From: Yuukianura sp. NJ FZ-2021 | Taxonomy: Eukaryota | NCBI GenBank assembly: GCA_046563655.1 | Contig: CM102283.1 | Coordinates: 5,828,001 to 5,892,000, forward strand | DNA length: 64,000 nt | Direction of reading: 5' to 3' | In this document: positions 12,740 to 25,360 of the stretch, in pieces | Layout: each line of letters opens with the position of its first letter | Position numbering within the stretch: the first letter of the stretch is position 1 | Translations under genes and position numbers: made by a program | The notes under the pieces: generated by a model | Database searches by the model: none | Told to the model about the DNA's origin: nothing | Seen by the model: the letters and a program-made list of their open reading frames with translations, nothing else

Positions 12740-15209
12740 ATGTCAACTGAAGTAGAGACGAAGATGCCCGTGATTTCGGGTGACGGGGACAAGGAAATCA
12801 TTCCAATTTCAGAAGAGAAGAAGGCAATTGAGGAAGAAGAGGCAGCAGTTGCGGCTGCCGTGGCAGAAAAAGGAGCCACCGTGGGAACGAAGGAGGAGAA
12901 ATCCACCGCTGATACGAAAGAGGCCCCACCACCGCCGCCACGAGTTCACAAAACAGATTTCGAAAAGGACGTCGTCTACTTATATCAGTTTTCCCGAACT
13001 CCAGTTGTTCCTTCAGTCAGTCCATACTGTCTCAAGGTTGAAACTTGGTTGAGACTCACTGGTATCCAGTATCAGGTAAGCATGAAATTCAAATTGACAT
13101 GGTCTTAATTATAACCAGTTCGACGAGCATTGACGATAATGGTAATTGCTGGCATACAGTAGGTAATAATACAGTACTAACATAACAGTGAACTACAAAT
13201 TGCGTGCCTTCGCATTTCCATTTTAACGTCCAGTTATATTCACTCCTAGGCGTATGTTTATGTAAATAATAACGAATTGCCGCATAATAGTGAAGTAGGA
13301 CTTTGTTTTAGGTGTTCTTCGCATAGGTGATTGAAACATAAGGAAGGAAAGTTAATTAATTCAACTCATTGCAAGGTTAAATGTTAAAATACGGTGGTTT
13401 GCAGATCAACGCTTCTGCGTGTTAGATAGGCTAGGTTGGGTAGGATCTCTGGTAAACTTCGAACCGAATGAACGAAATAGCGGTGTCGGGACAGGCCAAG
13501 GTTGGGTTTTCCCCAACCTACACGCAAACGCAATGCTAACCCTCTGCCTTACACAACTTGTAATGCCGAACTCCAAAAACACAAGCGTTCATTTGTATGA
13601 GTGAAAGTAAACAAGCGGGTTTCTGCTTTCTCTCGGTTTTCTAAATAGCAGAGAGGAAAGTGCATAATCTTTAACTAACTTTAGAATAATGTTTGAATTT
13701 GTGACATCAAGGAAGTTGGTATGCCAGACTATGCTGCTAATGCATGAACAGAAACAATGCTTAAGTATTTGTGGCCTGAAGACTTAATAGTTTACATTCG
13801 TGTTTTGTTTTATGTGTAGTCGTTTGTAGAATTCGCATTTGGTCCAATTTATATTTTAAAATAAATGTTAAGAGATCTCTCATCTGTCATGGCGTTGACA
13901 CGAAACAGAAGCCCCCAGCGGTGCAATTCATTTTCTCAATTGAGGCAATTTAAGTTGAAGCAGATTAGACTGATTGAATTCAAGGAATTTAGTTTCTGTG
14001 AAGATGTGTGATGGATGATGAATGGGGATTTAGCTGTTGGAAAATAACCAGAACCTACCAAAGTTTAAAATTTTTAACAAAGCGTCTGCACTTGACTCAT
14101 CTTTTAAAACTGAAAAGTTAAGATAGATGCTTACTCTTTAAAACGTCAAGAGTCCATGACCTCTTCGGGAACTGACGGGTCTGGATTTCCTTTGATGATA
14201 CATAATCCTACCCGACCAATTGTAAAACATGCTTATCACGTATTTAACCAGAGCCTTTCTTTTTCTATTTTCAGAATGTGGATCATAAGACAAAGTTCAA
14301 GTCGAGCAAGGGACAACTTCCATTTGTGGAACTGAACGGAGAGGAAATTGCAGATTCGGCTGTAATCATGACTAAGCTGGCTCAGCATTTTGGAATTGAC
14401 CCGGATGCTCAACTGACGAAGGAGGAACGCAATGCCTCTCATGCTTTGATTTCCATGATTGAGAACCATCTTACATGGGTTTACGTTTACTGGAGATCCA
14501 AGAACACCGATTCCATGCTCAAGGTTAGGCAGCGACAATTCACTCGCTTGAAGTTGAGTTTTTCCAAGTTGTCCAAACAATTAAAAATGAACTGTTTTCC
14601 AGGGTTTCAAAGTGAGCCTTCAGCATACACTTGGCTCTCGCCTTCCCAACGGTGTCCTAAACTTTTACTTCAAACTCACCTACGCCAGAAAGGGAGCAAA
14701 GAAGGTCAAGGCTCATGGCCTTGGAGTTCATTCGCCAGAGGAAGTACTGGAATTTGGAAAACAAGATCTGAAAGTGCTAGAGGAAACACTTGGAACACAG
14801 CAATTCTTCTTTGGAGACAAGCCCAGCAACGTAAGTGCTAGAAATTGACAAGTTATTTCTAGAAATATTGAGTCAGTTTTGTTAATTGGGTTGATTTGTT
14901 TTGTTTTTCTAGTTGGACGTAGTTGCTTTTGCTCACTTGGTCCAAATCTACTACGTGGACAAGAGTGTCAAGTTTGAACTGCGAGACTGGATGAGTGACA
15001 ATTGCCCTGCCCTTGTTGGCCACATTCTCCGAATGAAGGAACGCTGTTTCCCGGATTGGGACAGAATCGGAGCCACCCTTGGCATGAACACTCATATCCC
15101 AGAGCCTGAGCCGAAGGAAGAAACCAAGGAGCCAGAGAAGGAACCACTCGTCAAGGCAGAAGAAGAGAAGAAAGATGAAATGAAGAAGGAAGAGGGTACA
15201 GACAAGTGA
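12740..15209 (+). CDS. fax: Failed axon connections (metaxin/GST-fold FAXC family), 4 coding exons
   Basis: Motifs VVYLYQFSRTPVVPSVSPYCLKVETWLR, SSKGQLPFVELNGEEIADS, FFFGDKPS-LDVVAFAHL and RMKERCFPDWD, joined by canonical GT-AG introns. Confidence 0.95.
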
Positions 15210-16299
15210 AGTAGTACTTGTGGTACTGCTGGTAAATACTATGGTCCTTCACCACCCCACGACTTAGCTAAGAATTCAAGTGTTGTAAAAGTTGTTCAAT
15301 GTCGCTAAAGTGTAATGCAGCAACATCAATTCCATCTTTGTTAGACAGCTCCACCGATTTTTTTCTCATTTTGTGTACAATTTTAAGTTTTACTTATTTT
15401 AATTTTCTCAAACCCAAACCACCGTCCTTGGATCTAAGGAAAAACTACTATTTAGTTGCAATATTGTAAACGTATGGACTGTTTTTTTGTTTTATGTGTC
15501 TCTTGAAGCAATGCATGTGAGCAACTTTATGGACTGTAAGCTACGGATCATAATTCCGATTATCTGGAATTGCAGAATAGTTTTTATTTCTTTAAGTTCA
15601 AACACTCAATCAAAATGCAATTTTATGTTTTATATTATTATTTTTTGAAAGGACCATTGACATTCGTATTTTAATTTGGGAATTATTAATACTCAACAGT
15701 TTGTGAGATTTAATTACGTTTACACAACAATTTGTAAATGGTTAAGCCTCTCCAATGTCACTTTTTGGTTGTTTCCTACTTACTCATGCAGCATTTAAAA
15801 AGCCAACTCTTGGAACAATTTTATTATCCAACTCATAGAAAAGATTTGCAAATGTTTTATACGCTTTTGCTATGCTTTTGTACATTTATAAGAATCTCTC
15901 TTAAACGTTAAGATGTTCAACTTGTTTTTAATTGTTAAGACAAAACTTTCAATGTCCAATTTAAACTTCCTTGGAGGGGTCATCATTTACCACAAGAATC
16001 CAATCTCCGTTACCATCTTGGATTATTGACCTACACTACATACTCCATTTATAATTGTAATTCTGGAATTTAAAAGTATGAAATACCTCTTACTTATTTA
16101 GAATTTTAGTTTCTGTTGTTCTGAAGTTAAATTATTAAAATGAATTGACAAACCAAACCGCCCGACATCGTTTCTTTGGTTGAGAGGAGACAAGCAAATT
16201 CCAAGCGTTGTAACGATAACTTCGCTTTACCACCGACACTACATTTCAGAATAAGTTAACCAAACTCATCGCAGACATAAATTTTTACCTATTGTCCTT

Positions 16300-16500
16300 G
16301 TAAAACTTCCACCTTTTTCCGTTTTTGGTTTTGAAATTTTTCTAGTACTATACTCAAAACTTCCACCTAAATTTCCAGCTTTTGGTTTATGCTAAGTATT
16401 TTATACTCAAAACTTCCACATTCTAGCGTTTCGAAATTCGAAATTTTACTTGCATTATAGTCAAAACTTCCACCTAAATTTTTAGGTTTTTGAAATTCAT
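16300..16500. repeat. Degenerate tandem repeat, about 54-bp unit x4
   Basis: Core AAAACTTCCAC recurs at about 16302, 16356, 16409 and 16463. Confidence 0.8.
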
Positions 16501-17396
16501 GGTTACGTCCTATACAACTCGGACTTATCTCGACCGTTTATGTCGAGGATGGAAATTAATTTTAATAAAGTTCTCCTTACTAAATACAATTTGAAATAAA
16601 AATTCAACGCATGATGACTTGAACGTGGCGTGTAAACTTGTCCCATACTTTATTCGTGGAATAAATTGTGTTGCGTAGAGCAGTTAGTTAATTTTTCGCG
16701 TGTTTAATTGACAGGAGTTAGTAGAGAAGAGGAAGGAGGCTAAAGGAATTCTACGAGCACAAGGGGAATTTTAGTACAAGAAACAACCATCAATTCCCAA
16801 TAAATACAAAATGTGAACGGCCTTACCACCTAATCAACGGACATCTCCGTTCCAGGAATAGTCAATTAACTATTTCTAAAGTAATCTAAGTTCGTAACCT
16901 CCAGCAAACGCTCCTCTCTTTTCACACTTTCGCTTATGATTACTAATTAACATTATGACTTACAACCTAATACACTCTAAAAACTTGATTTAACATTGTA
17001 ATTGTAAACACAAGAAATGGTCTCATATCCCTGCACTCTCTCAGACCTTAACTGGGGGGGAAATAGTAAAAAATAAACAAGGAATTATAACGTGGAGGCA
17101 AAAGCGGTACAGTTATATGGATCTTCTTGATTCTCTAAGGATTAGGGCTTACGACAAACTCAAATGTAACTTTAAGTGATACTATTTTTGGGTTTTCTTT
17201 TCCAAACACTTAACATTACGAAGAGTTACACAAATGAAGAAAACTGTATGGGAATTGAACGGGAAAGGGAATTTGGATAACACTTAAATAAATTGTTGGA
17301 AAATCTCCAATCTTGTTCTGGATTGCTTCGTTTCCGCTCTAAACTTTCAGTCCCGGACAAATTGGTGACTGAGAAAACGAAAACCGCCACGAACCA

Positions 17397-20300
17397 TTAC
17401 AAATTGTTTTCTTCGAAAGTTGCCAACAGTTCCGCTTGCATGTTCATGTCAATCTGACCCTTCATCTGCAAAAACAAACATATTAGATTTTGGAACTCAA
17501 CCTAAACCTAATAGTCATAAAATGTGTAAATCAAAATATGTAAGTAGACTCACCGCTTCCCGCCTTCTTCTCTCTTGTTCCCTCATTCGTTGTATTTCAC
17601 GATCTGATTTTCCAGGCATCACCGTATCTCCTGGACTGCTCGCTGGAGACGAGCTCAGATGTTCTGATCTAAATTGACAATTCAAACTGGATTAGAAAAC
17701 AACCAAATTCATGCAAAATTCAACCAATTATATAAAAGAGTAAGCATTAGCTAAAGAAATTGGTTAAACAAGGAGTGAACTGGAGTGTTGTAATACTTGA
17801 TGATGGGAGACGGTGCATGCTCTTGCTTTGTAGCTTGGCGTGCCTTCTCCAAGGCTTCTTCTTCCTGCTTAGCACGACGCTGCTCCATTTCCTGCCGTAA
17901 TCGTGCTCGCTCGGCTTCCTCTGATTGGCGCCGTCGTTTTTCCTGCTGTTCAATTAGAAGACGCTGGCGATCAGCCTTCTCCTGAGCCTGTCGCTTAAAC
18001 TGCTGGAAGGAATTGAGAGAAGTGTTGTGCTTAGGATGTCCTTGTCCACCATGTCCTCCACCGTGACTCGGTTTTCCAGAAGGTGCCACCGGATGTCCTA
18101 CTGCTGCATTATTATGCTGTACCTGCGGGGCTTGAGGCGGGACTTGTGGAGGTGGGACTTGAGATGTAACTGTCACTGGTGGAGCAGCTCCCATTTGCGA
18201 CTGGGCCAGTGCTGACCAAGAATTTGTTCCAGGAGGAGCAACGGTATTGACGTTACCATTGTTAACCTTTTGGGCTCCTGGAGAAAGAAGTTGATTGGTC
18301 TGCTGATGACCTTGAGGCTGGCCGCCTTGGTTAAGGCCTATCCAAGGTTCCCCGGCATTCGGGTTCGGAAATGAAGGAGAAGCCACAGACGGCCGTCGCT
18401 GAACTTGACCTTCAACTTTCACTTCCATGGTTCCGTTGATTCCCGGTTGAGATTGACCTACATTTTGACTTGGGATAACCTATAGCCAAAAAAGTAATTT
18501 AATTTTGAATTGTGGAAAATCGAATGTAATATTGGAATTCAAGAATTCTCTGCGTACCTTTGTAGGCGACTTTCGCTGTGTCTTCTTTTCTGGGGACTTT
18601 CCTGTAAAACGACATAAAATATTACTGAAAATCATTGTGACACATTGCCAGTAACCTTAACATATTGAACTAATCTTCGTTTTAAAACTAAATTTTAGCT
18701 AATTTAATTCTTCCGTATTTCTTCTTTATCGATGATGCACGTATGTACATTACACCAAATCTTACAAACTGAAACCGAAACTGCAATCAAATCATCTTCA
18801 TCATTCCATCAAATTAAAAAACTTTTTGAACAAATTCGTTAACCAAGCACTAATTAAGATATACTCATCATTTCGTCTCTTTACAAGGAAGAATACTGGA
18901 AATAGTTAGCCATTTATTCGTTAAAATAGTAAGTAGACGACACGCACTCAGGGTTCAAAAATGCTGCTATTCATTTTTGCTCAACTTTTCGGCTCACATC
19001 ATGACTCACAACGACTCACATTGTACTTCTCAATAAATCGTAAACGCATTGCAACGTAAAACGACATTTAACTACTAACTTTATGTGCAAAAGAGTGGGG
19101 AAAAATTAGATTATTATGATTTAAGTTATTTGCAAGTCACAAATTCCGACTTTACCAGCGCCAGTTTCCACAATTCTCCTATTAATTCTGAACGATTGAC
19201 TAGAATCGGTATCATCTTTTCCGATGAAACTTTTTACTAATCCTATATCTAAAAAGTGCTCAAAGGAGTTTAACCTGCTTCTGAGTCTGAGGAATCTGAG
19301 GATGAAGACGACGAAGACGAGGATGAGGAGTCCGAATCTGATGATGATGAGGACGACGCTGACAAACGCTCACCCGCTGCCGCCTTGGCTTCTTCTGGAA
19401 TAAACACAACAAACAAAATTAACACGAGTTCAAATGTTAATACACAATTTACGCTTCATTAAGTACTGGAATTACAACTTACCTTTCTTGGCCCTCTTCG
19501 CTGCAGCGTTTTGAGCATTACCAAGCGCTCCAGCGACGTCTTGTAATCGCTTCTCCAACTCTTGCTTCTTCTCCAACTGCTCAGTTTTTCGCTCTGCTGC
19601 AGCAGCTGCCGATTTCTTAACTGCAATTTTACGAACAACGATTATAATTAGAAAACCACTCACAATTTTCTTCAAATTATGAAGATAAGTTTACCGTATG
19701 GCTTCCTGGCTTTCCTTTGAAGACACGACGCCACATACGTTTCTAATTCTCTGAGTGTGGATGGTTTGAGTGTCTCAAAGTCAATTTCAATTTCGTCAGG
19801 GTTTGAATCACGAAGAGATGGCTCTCGTGACTGTATTATATGAACTACCCGTCCCAATTTGTCACCCGGAAGCTTGTTGATGTCGAGAGACAACTGACGT
19901 TTTTCATCATACGACATTGGTCTCGCATTATCGTCTTCCTCGGACTCAAATCCACCTTGACCTGCTAAAACGAACAGTAAATTTGTCACAATGTTGTTAA
20001 CATTCCTCGGTTCTAAAATTCTTATCACTATCAGGAAATACCAGGCGGTCCAGAGTTCGGCACAGCAGTACTATTCTTTTTAAGTTTATTAGGACGAGGA
20101 GTTCGCGGTTTCTTGGAGGCTGCATTTGCAGACGAAGCCGCAGGAATTCCAGGAGGTTTCCCAGTAGGTTTTTTCGGTGCCTTGAGGGCTTTACTGGACA
20201 TTGAGGCAGTTGACGTGCTCGTAGCTCCGCCTCCGCCTGGAGAAGGACCATCCAGTTTCTTCATTTTGTCTTTATTCTTCTTCTTTCCTTTCGTCGCACT

Positions 20301-23300
20301 GGTTTCCATCAAAAGTCGCATCTGCTCCTGCATCGACTTTAACTGCAAATCAAACAATGGTTTGGATTTGGTTTTCAAGGTTTCTGAATCTATTTCTTAC
20401 GTCACTCATTTGAAGTAAAATCTAACCTGGTCTTGGAGAACAATTAATTTCCGCTGGCGTTCTTCTTCGGAATCTTCTGCTGAATCTGAGTCTCCATCGG
20501 AATCTCCAGATTCGTCAGAAGATGTAAGCCCATCTTTGGCCGGCTCATCCGGAATCTTAGCAAACTTCATCTCAAAAACATCTTGCAGCTTTCGCGCCAT
20601 TGCCACAACATCATGATCTGGAGGATTGTACTTGTAACAATTGGTGAATATCAGTCTAACATCAGCTGCAAACTCTGCACACGTCCTGTACTCACGGTTG
20701 TCCATTTTCGCCTATAAAACGAACAAGTTTAAAGTCTCAGAGACAAAGATTAGTAAAAAATTAGGAGCTTCTGATTACTCACTTTGACTGTGCCCAAATC
20801 CATGGGTTTCTTTATGATATCGTGATAGTCATGGAGTCCAAGTAGTGCTGCGTCGACTGGCTTGTAGAAAGGCCATCCGTAGTGCTAGAGAACGACAAGC
20901 AAGCCGAGTGAGTCACTCTAGAGCTTGTCATATCCCTGAGAGTCCAACATTGTGACGCTTACCGTGTGGCGTTTAGAAAAGAGTTCTTTCAAGATCTCGT
21001 TACAGGCCTTCAACGACTCTTTCAGCTTCTCTTTTGGCTTGTTCAGCAAAACGGGAGGCGGATTAACGTCCATGAGATCCTTATTTACCCTCTTAATTTG
21101 TCGTCCGGACTCTCGACGTGTTGCGATCCGAGCAGCTTCAGCAGACGTGTGAGGTGTGTAACACTCAAAGGATGTCCCAGAAGGCGTCGTAGTGTCAGCT
21201 TTCCGCTTAACACCTTTCTTCACCTAGCATAATCATAATGCACAACGTTAGTAAATCTATTACGCAGCCTCAAGGAACAATGTAAGCAAGGTTCGTCTAA
21301 ACTAAACTTCTCTGAACTGTTAAGCATTTACTACACACTAAACAATGTGTGTAAAAGTGTTTTATAAACGTATTTACCTTCGCAGGTTGAGGCGGGGGAA
21401 GGATTCCGGTGGCGGCAGCATACATCGCAGCGTTTTGATCATGTCCACCAACAGGCATCATGTACTGGGCGTTGATCGGCGTTGACATCTAGAATAACAT
21501 ATAAATCGTATGCTGTATAACTGATAGACCATAAATCCGAATTCACAGTATTTTGTAGTCATTATTGGACAAAACTAGCAACAACAATAATCAATACCTG
21601 TTGCTGCGGAGGGATAACAGGGGTAAGTTGGATAGATGATGGAAGGTTGGGGGTGTTTGGTGGCATATGCGATGGAACTGCTTGTGGAAGGCCGGGTCTC
21701 GGGGCTGGCGGAGTTTGTGGTGGCGGCACAGCGGAAGCAGCAGCAGCCGGAGCCATTGTAGCAGAGCGAGTCGCTGGAACGGCAGTTCCCGGACTTCGCT
21801 CAATCGGACGAAAACCTCCCGCCTTCTTCTTCCCGGCTAAATGCAATCCCAGAAAACCGGTTCAAAAAGTTAACGTTTCCAATACGAAATTTTGAGTGAA
21901 AGTATAAATTGCAGAGAAAATTAGGATCGATTTTCCAAGGAACATAGCATATTCTGATTAAGTTAGGTAATCTATCAAACAGCTTACGCTTTCGGGGTGG
22001 GGTGATAGGGATTGCCTCTTCTTCTTTCGGCATGTCCGAAACTTTCGTAAGGAATACTTTCTCCAGAGATTGGGCCATAAAGACGACGTCCTCACCAGGT
22101 TTATTATAAACATAACAATTTGTGAACATGGTTTTGAAGTCATTCAAGCATTCCTTGGCACTCCAGTAGTAATAGTTATCTAGTCGCTTTTTAATAGTTC
22201 CTAAATCCATTGGTTTCCGGATTATTCGGTGGTAATCCTGAAACAGAATTTTTACGTTAATTTCATCTCATCCGTAATCATCCTAAGTTAGTACACTGTC
22301 CTATTATCTTTGTTATATTTTACGGGTATTTGGAGCTTGATAGTGTCCACAGGATTTTGAAAAGGCCAAGAGAAGTTATGCCTCCATAAGGATTTGGTGA
22401 CAACGTTCTTCAAATACTGGAGTTGGTTTGTGTGTCGGCCAGGTCGATCAGGGGTAGGCATAAAGTTCGGTTGTACTATGCCATTGACTGGCTCAATATA
22501 CGGTTCCTCACGACGAGAAGCTTCTCCTTCCCCGGCTGGACCAGATCCTTCTGAAAGTTAAAATAAGAACAATTATTAGGAAAAACCCAAACGAACTGTT
22601 GGACTTTGTGTCCAACACAATGAGTTTAGTTTAAGACAATTGAAGTAACTTCGAAAAAACCGGGATTTCATATGATAATCCTATAATCCTGTGCATTGTT
22701 TCAGCAGAAGGCAGAAATGTACAAAGTTGTAGACAAAATTTAAAAAAAAATACGAAAGACGAAGCGTCAAAGAAATTCAATAGTAAGAATAATGCCCGCC
22801 TTGTTAGTAATTTCGTCTACTCCCCAGTGGTTCCGGTTCATATAAAAATGAACATTGCGAAATAAAATAATGCGTGCAGTGATGTTTACATATTCGCATA
22901 GTCGGTTTATTTACCAAAACAATCTCCCGTGGTTGTGCCCACTCTTTCGAGCAAATGGCTACGATCCATGTCCATTTCGAATAAGAAATGACAAAAGATG
23001 TTTAGTTTTAAGAACGATCAGCGTGTTTTCGGCAACGGCAACCGATTACAGCTGATGCTGACTTTAGCGGAGGTAACTTTAGCAGCCTTGACAAACGTGA
23101 CACGCATCATTCATAGTGTTATAAACATGTTAGGAATGCAGTACTGAAAGAAAAGAGGAGGAGACGGGAAATTTAAGGTAAATCAAACGTCAATTGACGA
23201 AGTAGGTATGTATAAGTAATTAATGGGAAGTGTTAAAGGTGGACGTTGCTTCGTCGTCATTACCATGCACGTCATACGCACAATACAAAACGACATTAAA

Positions 23301-23748
23301 AGCGATACTGCCCATTCGCCGTGATTCGTTGCGAAATTTAAACGAGAAACTACTAAAAAGAGCCTATATGCATGAATATTAGAGATGACATCATCAGTGA
23401 AGCCTATAGTGAGCAATGTAACTGTAGTTGGGTAATGCAAAGGATTCGAATTTGAAGAGGTTCAAAAGTCCCGCCAAAAAGTCCACTGCTGTACACTAGC
23501 CCATCAATCGATTAAAATGATGTGGAATTACCCTGCTGAGGGTTACGTTGAACTTCTTCCTTGACCTCCATATCCGAGTTGGTGTTGAAACCGATAAAGT
23601 TACTGCTATGTTCGTCCGTTTCCGAATTCGGAGACACACTTCTAAGCGGGTAATCCTGAGTGGGTGCGGACGAAGGTTGTGACGAAAAGAGACCGTTGGA
23701 AAGGAGACTGCTGTTGGTGGACACTTTGACCGAGGTCAAGTTCTCCAT
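17397..23748 (-). CDS. fs(1)h: BET family double-bromodomain protein (fs(1)h / BRD2-4 type), long isoform
   Basis: BD1 ([38 protein letters not shown]), motif [16 protein letters not shown]2 ([24 protein letters not shown]), ET domain ([34 protein letters not shown]), SEED tract, and C-terminal motif [32 protein letters not shown]. The start codon could alternatively be 23571. Confidence 0.95.
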
Positions 23749-25168
23749 TCATTGTCTCTCAGACACAGTGTTCCACTGTTCACTTGTCACTTTCACAGTT
23801 GACACAGAAGAAAGTGGATACGGTGAATTTGAAAGTTACTTTTTGGATTTGAATGGAATTGGAGAGTGACTTTGGATGTAGAGAAATGAACCTGGCAGTT
23901 TGAGTGAGAAGACAGGAGAGCACCAATGGCGGCTCAACAGCCACTAAACCTCTCCTACTCTCTTCTGTTCCTCGTTCCGTCTATAACATCATCATCACCA
24001 TCCCTCCTTTCCAACAAACGAACAGCAGATCCCAACAACAGAAGTGCACAGGCGCCTCCACCCCTACTCTACCTGCTTTTGCACTTACGGTCATTGCGTA
24101 CCATTGTAACCACAGAGGTACTACGTCATTTGATAATGGACCCATACTGTGCAGATTTAAATGAAACCACCCTTAATTTCCAATACTGTAGTTTACTTCA
24201 AATTACTTTTGCAAAGCAACTCAAAATGCATTAATTGTATTAATAAATTATCAGAATAGTTACAACTCTAGTAAGGTCACAACAGTGATACGTCTGCTTC
24301 ACGCCAACTTGAATCCCTTACAAGAAAACCACCCAACTAGGAAAAACCCAATGGATGTACACCAGCTACGCTTCGACAGTACGCGTACGAAAATTAGTGA
24401 ACAATGAATATTTAAATAATCTCACAGCCTTTCACTACAACGCTTGAATTTGGAAAAAAAATTGGTTTTTATAGATTTTTGTCATGTTCGTATATTTTGT
24501 GTTCATATTTTAAGATTTATATTTTAAATATTTTTATGCAAGGAATAACCTTATTGCATTATAATAATTAATTAAATTGTAATAAGTTCTAATTCAAAAC
24601 AAATTTTGCTGTAGATTTTTACTTATTGTAGATGAGAGAAATTTTAAGGTATAAATGTGATAAATACCACTCTAATTCATTTCAACAAGCAACGAAGCAT
24701 CAGGATTTAAGCAAACACAATTCACGGAATTAAACTGGTTTAAAGTAAGGCGACCATGTCAAGCCGTAATATTGGACATTCCGAATTCCATTACTAGATG
24801 GCACTGGAACTGTGCAACACCAATTTTACAAATTCCGAGCCGAATCCAAAATCCAATCATCTTTTAGCCGGAAGTTCCGGACTAGCGGAACCTGTTCCGT
24901 ATCCGTTGCGTTGGGATCTTAAATTCTAAACACAAACCAAAAAATAAACGTAAACCGCAAGTTGCGGACCGCAACAACGGGCTTTCAGCTTATTGGTCAA
25001 TTCGGTTTTAGAAGAGAGTGAAACAAATTGAAACTTGAATGCCATGAAAGAAAGAGAATGACGTTAGGTCAGATTACGTTATGTGGCGAAGGAAAACGAA
25101 TTGCAGAAATGTTTTTTTTTGTCTAAAAATAAAAAGTGAACGTCCCGGTCTTAGTACAAAAAGTTGCT

Positions 25169-25240
25169 TGACCCTGGCCGGACTTGAACTGACAACCTTC
25201 CGATCTGGAGTCGGACGCGCTACCATTGCGCCACAGAGTC
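25169..25240 (-). tRNA. tRNA-Trp(CCA), copy 1
   Basis: 72-nt cloverleaf GACTCTG...CAGGGTCA, anticodon arm TCCGA-CTCCAGA-TCGGA, A box and B box (GTTCAA), T5 Pol III terminator just downstream. Confidence 0.93.
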
Positions 25241-25360
25241 ACACACTGTTTTCACTACCTAAATAAACAATTGAAATTCTGGATCTCAATCGATTTCAAG
25301 TGGATTTTTTTTTTCTTTCCACCGCATGCGCTTCATTGTGATTCATTTGATGAAAGATTG

